A stretch of 45,520 nt of DNA from Candidatus Methylomirabilota bacterium (GTDB lineage: Bacteria; Methylomirabilota; Methylomirabilia; Rokubacteriales; CSP1-6), in the NCBI GenBank assembly GCA_046726415.1, contig JBKPAK010000178.1, positions 1 to 45,520 on the forward strand, in the 5' to 3' direction. Below, piece by piece: positions 1-10,527 of the stretch. How positions within the stretch are numbered: position 1 is the stretch's first letter; the number at the start of each line of letters is the position of its first letter. A program made the translations under genes and the position numbers. Under the pieces are notes generated by a model. It was not told where the DNA came from. It did no database searches and was given only the letters and a program-made list of their open reading frames with translations.

Positions 1-30
1 TTCGTCAAGGAAAACACCGGCGAGAATTAG
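1..30 (+). CDS. 3' end of a gene entering the window (FVKENTGEN*), product unknown
   Basis: Frame 1 is open with GC3-rich codons to TAG at 28-30; hairpin-rich intergenic DNA follows. Confidence 0.4.
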   Translation, partial: FVKENTGEN

Positions 31-216
31 TCACTATTTCGGCCATCAACGCAGGTCGCGCACGAAATCACGCGTACTTGCGGCGCGGCGATGGCCGGAA
101 TCGGCCGTTTCGCCGTTCGCTACCGTGGAAGTTGGGCTAGCGCGCGGCGCGCCCCGGCTTGGCCGAGGCCGCCGCGCTTTGAGGTGAGGGGGGCCTATCC
201 AGACCCTCCTACGTCA

Positions 217-702
217 CTAGGCCGCTTTGATGGACTTCTGCGCGCCGCCCTCGACTTCGACCGTGACCTTTCGCGGTGCCTCGGCCATCGGCCTGGGTAC
301 CCGCACCTCGAGCATTCCGTTGGTGTAGCGCGCCGTCACCTTGGAGTGGTCGACGCCCTCGGGCAGCGTGAAGCTGCGCTCGAAGCGCCCGTAGCTCAGC
401 TCACGGGCGAAGTAGTTGTCCTGTTTCGTCTCGCTCCCCTGCTTGCGCTGCCCCTTGATGGTCAGCTGATTCTGGTTCAGCGACACCTCGACGTCCTTCG
501 GATCGACGCCGGGCAGGGCCACCTTGACCACCCAGTGTCCCTCCTCCTCGGACCCCTCTACGGCCGGGGTCCAGGTCGGCCACTCGGCAGCAGGACCGCT
601 CTCCCCAGCCACCTGGCCGAAGAACCGACCAAACAAATCATCAATGTCACGCCGGAGCTGAAACGCCGGGGTAAAGGGCGACCAACGAGTCACGTGAATC
701 AT
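217..702 (-). CDS. Small heat-shock protein, Hsp20/alpha-crystallin family
   Basis: VALPGVDPKDVEV, ELSYGRFERSFTLP and ARYTNGMLEV motifs; start reassigned to ATG 702 behind the SD AGGAGG. Confidence 0.95.
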   Translation of the reverse strand: MIHVTRWSPFTPAFQLRRDIDDLFGRFFGQVAGESGPAAEWPTWTPAVEGSEEEGHWVVKVALPGVDPKDVEVSLNQNQLTIKGQRKQGSETKQDNYFARELSYGRFERSFTLPEGVDHSKVTARYTNGMLEVRVPRPMAEAPRKVTVEVEGGAQKSIKAA

Positions 703-725
703 GTTCACTCCTCCTATCTTAGTGT

Positions 726-752
726 TTACTACTAATATTTTCTGTCTTCTAA
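726..752 (-). promoter_or_regulatory. Degenerate CIRCE-like (HrcA) operator candidate
   Basis: Minus strand TTAGAAGAC-N9-TAGTAGTAA versus consensus TTAGCACTC-N9-GAGTGCTAA (6/9 per half, exact spacing), between the -10 box and the SD of hsp20. Confidence 0.35.
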
Positions 753-755
753 GCA

Positions 756-784
756 ATCATATACCTCCTATTGGGAGCTGTCAA
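756..784 (-). promoter_or_regulatory. Sigma70-type promoter of hsp20
   Basis: Minus strand TTGACA (784-779), 17 bp spacer, TATGAT (761-756), in a locally AT-rich patch. Confidence 0.8.
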
Positions 785-871
785 GGGCCTCTCTTGGGCT
801 TCCGTCCATCGGTTTGGCCGGACATGGGAGACAATGGAGCCTGCCCGACAAGGCTCGGGGCGGTGAGAGTC

Positions 872-1696
872 ATGCGCCACGCCAGCTATCAGAAGGGGGA
901 CGTGATCATAGCCGAGGGGGAGTACACCTCGGACGCTTACATCATCAATCGTGGGTTCGTAGAGGTGTACCACGCCGGGCCCCCGGAGCAGCGGCTCTCC
1001 ATCCTGGGGCCAGGGGACATCTTCGGGGAGATGGCACTGATCACCGAGCGTCCGCGGTCGGCGAGCGTGCGAGCACTGGAGGAGGTCAAGGCCCGTGTCT
1101 TCAACCGGGACGCGTTTCTAGGCCTCTGGAGATCTGACCCCGATGCGATGCTCCCCCTGGTGGCGATGCTGTGCGAGCGCATCAGGATCCTGGACGCGCT
1201 CGTCTTCGAGCTGGCGCGCCAAGCTCGATTCGACAGCGACGCCACCGACTCCCTCATGACCATGGGGGAGGGCTTTCTGCACCCTTCCCCAGCCGCCGTG
1301 CTGACCGCTCCGATCCTGTTCATCGAAGGGCTCACCCCAGAGGCCTCGCGGAGCTTGCCGGAGGCGTGCGTATCGGTGAAGCGTTTTCCCTTTCGCATCG
1401 GGCGAAAGACGGAAATCGAGGATCCTCTCTCGCGAAACGAGCTGTCGATCGAGAGCGACGGGGACGGCCAGATTTCACTCAACCACTGCGCCATCGTCCG
1501 CCTGGGGACGCGCTACTTTCTGATCGACCGCGGCAGCCGCCGGGGGACGACCGTCAACGGTGTGACGATCGGCGGACAAGCCCGGGCCGGCTGTGTCGAC
1601 CTGAACGAGTGGGCGAACGAGATCGCGCTCGGCGATCTAGCCACGCCGTATCGCTATCGCGTCACCATCGTCGCTTCGGACGTGACACGACCGTAG
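872..1696 (+). CDS. Cyclic-nucleotide-binding domain plus C-terminal FHA domain protein
   Basis: GDIFGEMALI..PRSASVRA (cNMP pocket); FRIGR, ISLNHC and DRGSRRGTTVNG (FHA). Start uncertain (824-872). Confidence 0.85.
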   Translation: MRHASYQKGDVIIAEGEYTSDAYIINRGFVEVYHAGPPEQRLSILGPGDIFGEMALITERPRSASVRALEEVKARVFNRDAFLGLWRSDPDAMLPLVAMLCERIRILDALVFELARQARFDSDATDSLMTMGEGFLHPSPAAVLTAPILFIEGLTPEASRSLPEACVSVKRFPFRIGRKTEIEDPLSRNELSIESDGDGQISLNHCAIVRLGTRYFLIDRGSRRGTTVNGVTIGGQARAGCVDLNEWANEIALGDLATPYRYRVTIVASDVTRP

Positions 1697-2968
<1,272 letters not shown>

Positions 2969-2998
2969 GGCGGAGGGCGGCCGGCGTCTCTCGCCGTG

Positions 2999-3664
2999 TC
3001 AGGCCACGAGACTCAGGAATCCGGTGACGATGCGCTCCGCCAGAGGGGGCCGCGACGACCGTCCTCGGGCTGCGCCCAGGTCGTGGGCCGCCTCGACGGC
3101 GAGCAACTCGGTGGGGGCGGTGATCAGCCTCCGCGAGACGTCTACCTCGTCAACGGTGCCGAAGGGATCGCGCGTGCCGTGCACGAAGAGAGTCGGAACG
3201 CGCAGTGAGGAAAGGTGCGCGGTTCTCAATGCGCCGGGGCGTCCTGGGGGATGCAGGGGGTACGACAGCAGAAGGAGACCGCTGGCCGCCTGAGGATCTT
3301 CGGCCAGGAGCACGCTGGCCTGGCGGCCCCCGTAGGAGTGACCTCCGGCGAATGTCCGGCGCGGCGCGAGCTGATGCAGAGCCCCGATGGCCTGGCGCAG
3401 GCCCTCCCGATCCCGTGCGGCGGTGGCGGGCGAAGGAGGTCCTCGCCGTCTGGCCTGCCGGAATGGCAGATCGCACCGGAGCGCGGCGACGCCTCGCTCG
3501 GCGAACGCCGAGGCCAACTGGACCAACAGCGGCGCGTCGCAATCCGATCCGGCCCCGTGCGTCAAGGCGATCGCGTCGGTGATCGGCCCGGCGGGACGGT
3601 GCAGGAAGCCCGAAACCGCGGGGCCCTGGCCACGGACGAAGTCGAAGCGTTCGATGCTCACCAT
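2999..3664 (-). CDS. Alpha/beta hydrolase (KANL3/Tex30-like small hydrolase)
   Basis: HGAG, GGHSYGG nucleophile elbow, LSYPLHPPG, GTRDPFG, C-terminal His. Confidence 0.88.
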   Translation of the reverse strand: MVSIERFDFVRGQGPAVSGFLHRPAGPITDAIALTHGAGSDCDAPLLVQLASAFAERGVAALRCDLPFRQARRRGPPSPATAARDREGLRQAIGALHQLAPRRTFAGGHSYGGRQASVLLAEDPQAASGLLLLSYPLHPPGRPGALRTAHLSSLRVPTLFVHGTRDPFGTVDEVDVSRRLITAPTELLAVEAAHDLGAARGRSSRPPLAERIVTGFLSLVA

Positions 3665-3717
3665 GTCTTCGATTGTGCACGTTTCCCTCCCGCCCGTAGC
3701 TCGACTACCATCGACGT

Positions 3718-5568
3718 GTGGCTGACGCCGACCCGATCGCCCCCATTCGCGAGACGCTCCGGCGCGTCTGGGGCTATCGCGATTTCCTCCCGCGCCAGGA
3801 GGCGGCCGTGCGGGCAGTCCTCGCCGGCCGGGACTCCGTGGTGGTGCTGCCCACGGGCGGCGGCAAGTCGCTCTGCTACCAAGCGCCCGCTGCCCACCTC
3901 GGCCGACTCGCCATCGTGGTCTCGCCGCTCATCGCGCTCATGAAGGACCAGGTCGATGCGCTGCGGCAGAACGGTGTCCAGGCCGCCTATCTCAACAGCA
4001 GCCAGCTGCCGGCCGAGCGGGCGGCCGTAGAGCGCGAGGTGGAGTTGGGGCTGGTGAGCTTGCTCTACGTCGCCCCCGAGCGGCTAACGATGTCCGGTTT
4101 CGTCGCGCGCCTGCAGCGGCTCCGCCCCGCGTTCTTCGCCGTGGACGAAGCGCATTGCATCAGCCAATGGGGGCATGACTTCCGGCCGGAATATCGCCAG
4201 CTCCGCCGTCTGAAGGACACCTTTCCGGGCGTGGCGGTCCATGCGTATACGGCGACCGCGACCGCGGAGGTGCGCGCCGACATCGCCAGCGAGCTGAGGC
4301 TGGAGCGGCCTGCCGTCCTCGTCGGCCCCGTGGACCGCCCGAACCTGGTCTACCGCATCCAGTCGCGAGGCGAGCGATTGCGCCAGGTCCTGACCGCCAT
4401 CGACCGCCACCGCGGGCAGGCGGGGATCATCTACTGCATCCGTCGGGCCGAGGTCGACGAGCTGAGCGCCGCCCTTGCGCGGCGCGGACTTCGTGTGGTG
4501 CCATACCACGCCGGGCTGGACGACGCGCGGCGCCGAGAGCACCAGGACGCCTTCGTCCGCGAGCGTGTCGACATCGTGGTAGCCACAGTAGCCTTTGGCA
4601 TGGGGATCGACCGTTCCAACGTCCGGTACGTCGTCCACGCCGGGATGCCCAAGTCACTCGAGCACTACCAGCAGGAAGCAGGCCGCGCAGGGCGCGACGG
4701 CCTAGCGGCGGAGTGCCTCCTCTTGTGGAGCGGGGCCGACTACGCCTTCTGGAAGTCGGTGCTCGAGTCGGAAGCAATCCTCGCGCCCGGTGCCCTCCGC
4801 AAGCTCGGAGAGATCTTCGCCTTCTGTCAAAACGCCATCTGCCGCCATCGGGCCCTGGCCATGTACTTTGGACAGGCGTATCCAGCGATCGGGTGCCGCG
4901 CCTGTGACGTGTGTCTCGGGGAGGTGGCTTCGGTTGACGGCGCCGCCGAGATCGTCGCGAAAATCCTCCGCGCGGTCGCCGAGCTGCGCGGCCGCTTCGG
5001 CGCGGCCCACGTGGCCGATGTGCTCGCCGGGAGGTCCTCGGCTCGCGTCGAGGCCCTCCGGCACGATCAGCTGGGCTGCCACGGCGCGCTGCGTGATGCG
5101 AGCAGGGCCGAGGTGCGCGGATGGATCGATCAGCTTCTCGGTCAGGGCCTCCTCGCCCGGAGCGGTGGCGAGTATCCGACGGTGGCGCTCACGAAGTCCG
5201 GCGCCCAGGTGCTGCGAGGCGAGGCCGCGGCCGGGCCCCTCAGTCGCCTCGCCCCGGCGCGGCGCGAGCGACGGCGGGCCTTACTGGTCGACGCCGCGGC
5301 GGACGGCGCGGGCGGTGCCGACGAGCAGGCGCTCTTCGAAACCCTGCGACGGGTCCGGCGCGGTTTGGCAGATGAGCGCGGCGTTCCACCCTACGTCGTC
5401 TTCAGCGACGCCACCTTGCGCGAGATGGTCCGCGTCAGGCCCACCACGCGGCCGGAATTCCTCGCCGTAAAGGGCGTCGGCGAGCGCAAGTGCGAAGCGT
5501 TCGGCGCCCGGTTCCTGAGCGCGATCACGTCGCACGGCAGTGGCGGTCCCGCGGAGCCCAATCGATGA
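3718..5568 (+). CDS. recQ: ATP-dependent DNA helicase RecQ (helicase, RQC and HRDC domains)
   Basis: [36 protein letters not shown], Zn-binding cysteines, [16 protein letters not shown]. Confidence 0.96.
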   Translation: MADADPIAPIRETLRRVWGYRDFLPRQEAAVRAVLAGRDSVVVLPTGGGKSLCYQAPAAHLGRLAIVVSPLIALMKDQVDALRQNGVQAAYLNSSQLPAERAAVEREVELGLVSLLYVAPERLTMSGFVARLQRLRPAFFAVDEAHCISQWGHDFRPEYRQLRRLKDTFPGVAVHAYTATATAEVRADIASELRLERPAVLVGPVDRPNLVYRIQSRGERLRQVLTAIDRHRGQAGIIYCIRRAEVDELSAALARRGLRVVPYHAGLDDARRREHQDAFVRERVDIVVATVAFGMGIDRSNVRYVVHAGMPKSLEHYQQEAGRAGRDGLAAECLLLWSGADYAFWKSVLESEAILAPGALRKLGEIFAFCQNAICRHRALAMYFGQAYPAIGCRACDVCLGEVASVDGAAEIVAKILRAVAELRGRFGAAHVADVLAGRSSARVEALRHDQLGCHGALRDASRAEVRGWIDQLLGQGLLARSGGEYPTVALTKSGAQVLRGEAAAGPLSRLAPARRERRRALLVDAAADGAGGADEQALFETLRRVRRGLADERGVPPYVVFSDATLREMVRVRPTTRPEFLAVKGVGERKCEAFGARFLSAITSHGSGGPAEPNR

Positions 5569-7172
5569 ACACCGTCTTCGACGCATTCATGGCGATTGCC
5601 GAGAGCGCCCCCGACAATGCGTTCTTCTGCGCTCCGCCGGCGCCCGGTCGCGCCTACCACCCGGATGGCGTCGAGTTCACATACGGCGAGACGCGAGCTC
5701 GCGTGCTCGAGCTTCAGGAGCGCTACCAGGCGGCCGGTTATGGGCACGGCTATCGGGTGGCCCTGTTGCTCGAGAACCGGCCGGAGTTCTTCTTTCACTA
5801 TCTCGCCCTGAACGGCCTGGGCTGCGGGATCGTGCCGATCAATCCCGATTATCGTCGCGACGAGGTGCTCTATCAGATGGATCACTCGGAGGCCGCTCTG
5901 GTCGTGTCCATCAGCACGCGAGTGGCAGAGCTCGAAGCCGTGGCCGGCGACCTGGGCAAGCCGCTGCCGGTCGTCGACGCCTCGTCGCTTCCCGCGCGGC
6001 TCCCCCGAGGGGGCCCGCCGCCCCGAGCCGGCGAGCCGGGGCTCGACACCGAGTGCAGTCTCCTCTACACGTCGGGCACGACGGGACGGCCGAAGGGCTG
6101 CATCCTCACCAACTTCTACTATCTGAACGCCGGCGCCTGGTATCGCGACATCGGCGGCGTGGTGCGGCTCGAGCCGGGGCGCGAGCGCGTGCTGAATCCG
6201 CTGCCCCTCTACCACGTGAATAGCCAGGGGATCGCGGCGACCGCATGCATCCTCACCGCCAACTGCCTGGCCATGCCGGAGCGCTTCAGTCCGTCGCGCT
6301 GGTGGAAGGACGTCGTGGCCGCGCGCGCGACGGTCATTCACTACCTGGGCGTGATGCCGCCCTTGCTCCTGAAACAGCCGCCGGTGCCGGAGGAGCGCGC
6401 GCATCAGGTGAAGTTCGGCCTGGGCGCCGGCGTGGAGCCCGAGCTGCACGATGGGTTCGAAAAGCGCTTCGGCTTCCCGCTCGTCGAGGTGTGGGGCATG
6501 ACGGAAACGGGTCGGCTCTACGCGGACAGCGTCGAGCCGCGCCAAATCCACACGCGAGCCGTCGGGCGGCCGCGGGGTGTCCTGGAGGCGCGGGTAGTGG
6601 ATGACCACGACCGCGAGGTGCCGCGAGGTACGGACGGTGAGCTGGTCGTCCGGTGCGCTGGCCCCGACCCGCGCCACGGATTCTTCTCAGGCTATCTGAA
6701 GAGCTCCGAGGCGACGGAGGAGGCGTGGCGGGGGGGATGGTTTCACACTGGTGATGTCGTGCGGCAGATGCCCGATGACATGCTGGTGTTCGTGGAGCGC
6801 AAGAAAAACATCATCCGTCGGGCCGGCGAGAACATCGCAGCGGCCGAGGTCGAGGCGGCGCTGCAGGCGCACGAGGCCGTGGCGCAAGTGGCGGTCCTGG
6901 CGGTGCGGGACGAGATCCGCGAAGAGGAAGTCATGGCGTGCATCGTCCCCATGCCCGGCTCGCCGCCGAACCAGGCACTCGCGGAGCGGCTGGTGGACTG
7001 CTGCCTGGCCCACCTCGCGTACTTCAAGGCGCCCGGGTGGATCCTGTTCATTGATCGACTCCCGACGACAGGCACCCAGAAGGTCCAGAAGGCCCACATC
7101 TTCGCGCGCGGCGAGGATCCACGACAGCGCCCGGGCGCGATCGATCTGCGAGATCGCAAGAAGCGCAGCTGA
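5565..7172 (+). CDS. AMP-dependent acyl-CoA ligase (CaiC-like)
   Basis: [34 protein letters not shown] overlap with the recQ stop. Confidence 0.9.
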   Translation: MNTVFDAFMAIAESAPDNAFFCAPPAPGRAYHPDGVEFTYGETRARVLELQERYQAAGYGHGYRVALLLENRPEFFFHYLALNGLGCGIVPINPDYRRDEVLYQMDHSEAALVVSISTRVAELEAVAGDLGKPLPVVDASSLPARLPRGGPPPRAGEPGLDTECSLLYTSGTTGRPKGCILTNFYYLNAGAWYRDIGGVVRLEPGRERVLNPLPLYHVNSQGIAATACILTANCLAMPERFSPSRWWKDVVAARATVIHYLGVMPPLLLKQPPVPEERAHQVKFGLGAGVEPELHDGFEKRFGFPLVEVWGMTETGRLYADSVEPRQIHTRAVGRPRGVLEARVVDDHDREVPRGTDGELVVRCAGPDPRHGFFSGYLKSSEATEEAWRGGWFHTGDVVRQMPDDMLVFVERKKNIIRRAGENIAAAEVEAALQAHEAVAQVAVLAVRDEIREEEVMACIVPMPGSPPNQALAERLVDCCLAHLAYFKAPGWILFIDRLPTTGTQKVQKAHIFARGEDPRQRPGAIDLRDRKKRS

Positions 7173-7210
7173 TCAGTGAGATGGGGGCACTCTGCGCCAT
7201 TCTTGCCGCA

Positions 7211-7681
7211 CTAGGTCGCCCGGAGTCGCGCTATCATGTCGAGGACGCGGAGGATTTCCGTGCCGTCGCGCACCATGTGGCGGTCGCCCCCCTGGCCCCA
7301 GCGCAGCACCCCATCGCGGTCGACGACGAAGGTCGACCGCCACGCCACGTTCCGCGCTTCGTCGAGGACGCCGTAGGTGCGGATCGCGCTGCGGTGGATG
7401 TCGCTCAGCAGTGGGAAGGGGTAGCCCTCTCTCTTGGCGTAATTGGCGTGTGAGAAAGGACTATCGGCGCTGATGGCGAGGATGGCCGCGCCGCGTTGCC
7501 GGATGTCAGGGTCGACCTTGACCAGGCCGGCGAGCTCCGGCGTTCAGATGCTGCCCCAGTCGTAACAGTAGAACACGAGCACCACGTCCTGTCCCCGCAA
7601 GGCCGACAGGGTGACGTCGCCTCCCGAAGTGGACGGCAGGGTGAAGTCCGGCGCGGGCTGACCGAAGCGCAAGCCACTCAT
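7211..7681 (-). CDS. AhpC/TSA-family peroxiredoxin with in-frame TGA (7546-7544) at the peroxidatic position; probable selenoprotein, 156 aa
   Basis: MSGLRFGQPAPDFTLPST..VVLVFYCYDWGSI-[TGA]-TPELAGL..ILAISADSPFSH..YPFPLLSD..YGV..AWRSTFVVDRDGVLRW..TAG 7213-7211; both halves are in the same frame; ATGA overlap with the upstream gene. Confidence 0.85.
7511..7531 (-). promoter_or_regulatory. Putative bacterial SECIS hairpin of the peroxiredoxin gene
   Basis: mRNA 13-33 nt after UGA reads GCC-GGCCU-GGUCA-AGGUC-GAC; 5-6 bp stem with one G-U pair, apical loop starting GG about 21 nt after UGA. Confidence 0.55.
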
Positions 7682-8547
7682 CGATGTGCCCTCCACCATT
7701 CGCAGATCTCCTCGCCGGTGGTGAACCATACGCCCTTCTTCTTGCGCATGTAGTCGTACACCGCTTCGAAATACTTGATCCGATGCGGCACGCCCGAAAT
7801 ATAGGGATGGACCGCGATGGCCATGACGCGGGGGTTCACCGCCCCCTCTGCATACAGGCGGTCGAACTGGTCCCGGCAGCGCTGAACCCAGAGGTCGGAC
7901 CTATGGTGCTGGATGACCATCACCGGGATGTCGTTCAGCTCTAGGGTGTAGGGGACCGATACCAGGGGGCCGGCGGTGGTGCGGATCTCGTAGGGCTGAT
8001 CGTCGTTGACCCAGTCGGACACGTACTCGATGCCCTCTTCGGCGAGGTAGTCCAGCGTTTCCCACGTTTCGGTGAGGCCGGGACCCAACCAGCCCTTGGG
8101 GCCCTTACCGGTGAACTTCCGGATGAGCTCGATCGACTGGCGTATGGCGGCGCGCTGGTCGGGCAAAAGATGAAGGGCGCCTTGAATGACACCGTGGCCC
8201 ATGAACTCCCAGCCCGCGTCGAGCATGGCGCGGGCCACGGGCTCATAGCTCTCACACACCTGAGCGTTGATCGAGGTCGTGGCCCGGAGCTTTCGCGTCC
8301 GCAGCGCCTCCAGGAGTCGCCAAAATCCCACCCGCATGCCGTACTCGTGCCAGGCCCAGTTCGGCACGTCCGGTACCGTCGACACGCCCTGTGGCGCCGT
8401 CAGGTACTGACGAGCCATGGGTTGGTGAATGTCCCACTCCTCGACATTCACGATGGTCCAGACGGCGATTCGTGCGCCTTTGGGGAGCTTCCATGGGCGC
8501 CGGCTGACGATGGGAGAGTAGTCGAAGCGCTCCGCAGGCAGCTTCAC
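7678..8547 (-). CDS. Polysaccharide deacetylase (CE4) family, PuuE/allantoinase-like
   Basis: VNVEEW, HEYGMRVGFWR, WEFMGHG, GWLGPGLTE, AVHPYISG; GTG start at 8547 after SD AAGGAGG (the longer ORF extension is spurious). Confidence 0.88.
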   Translation of the reverse strand: MKLPAERFDYSPIVSRRPWKLPKGARIAVWTIVNVEEWDIHQPMARQYLTAPQGVSTVPDVPNWAWHEYGMRVGFWRLLEALRTRKLRATTSINAQVCESYEPVARAMLDAGWEFMGHGVIQGALHLLPDQRAAIRQSIELIRKFTGKGPKGWLGPGLTETWETLDYLAEEGIEYVSDWVNDDQPYEIRTTAGPLVSVPYTLELNDIPVMVIQHHRSDLWVQRCRDQFDRLYAEGAVNPRVMAIAVHPYISGVPHRIKYFEAVYDYMRKKKGVWFTTGEEICEWWRAHR

Positions 8548-8639
8548 GGTAGCCCTCCTTGGCGAAGTCTCCCGCACTATACGGCATGTCAGGCCCGCGG
8601 GGAGCGTCGAAGCCAACCGAGCTTGTGGCACCGGGTCGA

Positions 8640-9836
8640 TCAGGGAATCGGCATACTGACCTCGACGACTTCGGAGTCGTCCTCGATCGCCGCTGCGTCG
8701 TAGCCGCCCAGGGCCACCGGGACGAGGGCCGATTCGCCCCGGCCGAGCGTGGTGGAACCGGGATCGACCACGATGGCACCGCTGAGGACGTGTAGGCTGC
8801 GGACGCCTCGGCTGGACGGTCGGGAGACGCGGGCCCCGCGGTGTAGGCGCAGGTGCACGGCGGCAAAGGCTCGGCATTCGACCGAACGCAGGATGCCGGG
8901 ACCGATCGGTTGCGGGACGGCAAAGAAGCTCGCCGGGTCTCGGCGCCGCCCATCGATGGTGGCGAGCGCGCGCTCGATGTGGAGCGGCCGGGGCGGGATG
9001 CGGGCGTGGTCCCACATGCGGAAGGTGGGACCGGTCCGGCGGATCTCGAAGAGCAGGATCCCCCGTCCTTCGGGATTGCCGAGCGCGTGAACGTCGGCGG
9101 AGCTCCCGTCGGACGTAGCGTTGAGGACGACCTGACCGGGCGCGACGGGAATTTCGTTGAGTGCGTCGAGCGCGAGCCGGTGGCCCCTCGCCAGCTTGCG
9201 GAGAAGCGATTCTACTTTCGACGCCCGCCGGGGCGCGATGTCGCGAGCCAATGCCGCGGCGCTCCCCCCCGGCGTGGCCAGCCATGGTCGTAGCCGCGTT
9301 TGCAATTGGGCCGTGTCCGGAACCAGCGCCAGCAATCCCTCGAGGGCCAGCCGCCCTGCAAGGTGCTGCGCCCCAAGATCGCCGAGGTCCACGTCGCGCC
9401 GAAACCCGAGTCGAATCGTCGCGCCAGGCTCGGCCCGGATGATGACGTAGGCCTCCGGGTGACCGGGCGGATGTGTCTGAACTGACAACATCTCCCTCAC
9501 GTCGAGGAACTTCGGTAGAAGGGGAATTCGCGGTCCCCACGCCGTCGCGTGCTTGCCTCCGAGGATCGCCTCCGGCGCGGCGCGGAGTAGATCGACCAGC
9601 GAAACCTCGCTTCCGTCGGGCATCACCACCACGCTCGGGCGCGCGGCCGTCTCGGGATCCCCAGGGTCCGCCGCCACCTCGAACGACTCCCCGTAGCGCT
9701 TTCCTGGCGGCGGTTGTCCGAGGCGCTTGAAGTCAAAGAGGCTGACGCCACCCCATGGACGCTCGACCAGGTTGTCCGGCCGCAGGCGCAGAATGCCACG
9801 GGGGACGTCGGCCCTTACGGCGACCGATGCTCCCAT
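8640..9836 (-). CDS. Type I phosphomannose-isomerase-like cupin protein
   Basis: ERPWGG, YGESFE, LLPKFLD..LSVQTHP, VHALG..LFEI motifs. Confidence 0.7.
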   Translation of the reverse strand: MGASVAVRADVPRGILRLRPDNLVERPWGGVSLFDFKRLGQPPPGKRYGESFEVAADPGDPETAARPSVVVMPDGSEVSLVDLLRAAPEAILGGKHATAWGPRIPLLPKFLDVREMLSVQTHPPGHPEAYVIIRAEPGATIRLGFRRDVDLGDLGAQHLAGRLALEGLLALVPDTAQLQTRLRPWLATPGGSAAALARDIAPRRASKVESLLRKLARGHRLALDALNEIPVAPGQVVLNATSDGSSADVHALGNPEGRGILLFEIRRTGPTFRMWDHARIPPRPLHIERALATIDGRRRDPASFFAVPQPIGPGILRSVECRAFAAVHLRLHRGARVSRPSSRGVRSLHVLSGAIVVDPGSTTLGRGESALVPVALGGYDAAAIEDDSEVVEVSMPIP

Positions 9837-9871
9837 CGGAAGTCCAAGTCAGTGGTTCCCAGTGAGGACGA

Positions 9872-10447
9872 TTAGCGATCGGACCCCATGCTCGCCATGA
9901 AGTGTGCCAGGTTTTCGATGTCCGCCTCGCTGAGAGGCTGCGCGGCCATGGTCATCGTGCCATCGAGGTCCGAGGCCGTCTGGGCCTTGAAGCCGCGAAG
10001 GAGCCTCAGGAGATAAGCCAGATCCTGGCCGGCCAGGCGGGGTATTTGCTCGTGCCCGACGAGGCCGGGCCGGTGACAGGAGGTGCAGTGATACACCTCG
10101 GCTAGCCGCTGGCCGACGGCGACCTTGGTGGGATCGCTGGGATTGGGGCGCGCCCTTGGCAACTGGGCGGCGTAGTAGGCGGCCAGGTCCGCCATGTCCG
10201 CGTCGGTGAGATTCGCCGCCAAGGGCGACATCTGGGGATCTTTGCGACGTCCGTCGCGAAACTTGATGAGCTGCCAGTGCGTGAAGAGCGTCGGCTGCCC
10301 GGCGAGTGACGGCATCCCCGGTATGCTCGCGTTGCCGTCCTGACCATGGCAGGCCGCGCACGGCTCGGCCTTTCGTCGGCCGGCCGCCACGTCCGCGGCC
10401 CTCGCGGGTCCAACGGCCACCATGGCGCTGCTGACGATGACGACCAT
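9872..10447 (-). CDS. Di-heme cytochrome c (c4/c553 type), exported
   Basis: Two CxxCH motifs (CAACH, CTSCH), each followed by PxLAGQ; signal-peptide-like N-terminus. Confidence 0.9.
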   Translation of the reverse strand: MVVIVSSAMVAVGPARAADVAAGRRKAEPCAACHGQDGNASIPGMPSLAGQPTLFTHWQLIKFRDGRRKDPQMSPLAANLTDADMADLAAYYAAQLPRARPNPSDPTKVAVGQRLAEVYHCTSCHRPGLVGHEQIPRLAGQDLAYLLRLLRGFKAQTASDLDGTMTMAAQPLSEADIENLAHFMASMGSDR

Positions 10448-10527
10448 CGCGCCGAGAGCGAACCGGTCGGACAGGCGAATCCCCCCGCCATGTCTGGCGA
10501 GGGCGCTCGCGCGCGTCTTCGGGGGGA

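Noticed and set aside
31-216. Intrinsic terminator or ncRNA between convergent genes
   Set aside because: GC-rich imperfect stems are present, but with no convincing U-tract or known motif; too weak to call.
8548-9540. 620-aa ORF as a long N-terminal extension of the CE4 hydrolase
   Set aside because: The extension is an Arg/Pro-rich shadow frame of the cupin gene; a good SD precedes GTG 8547.
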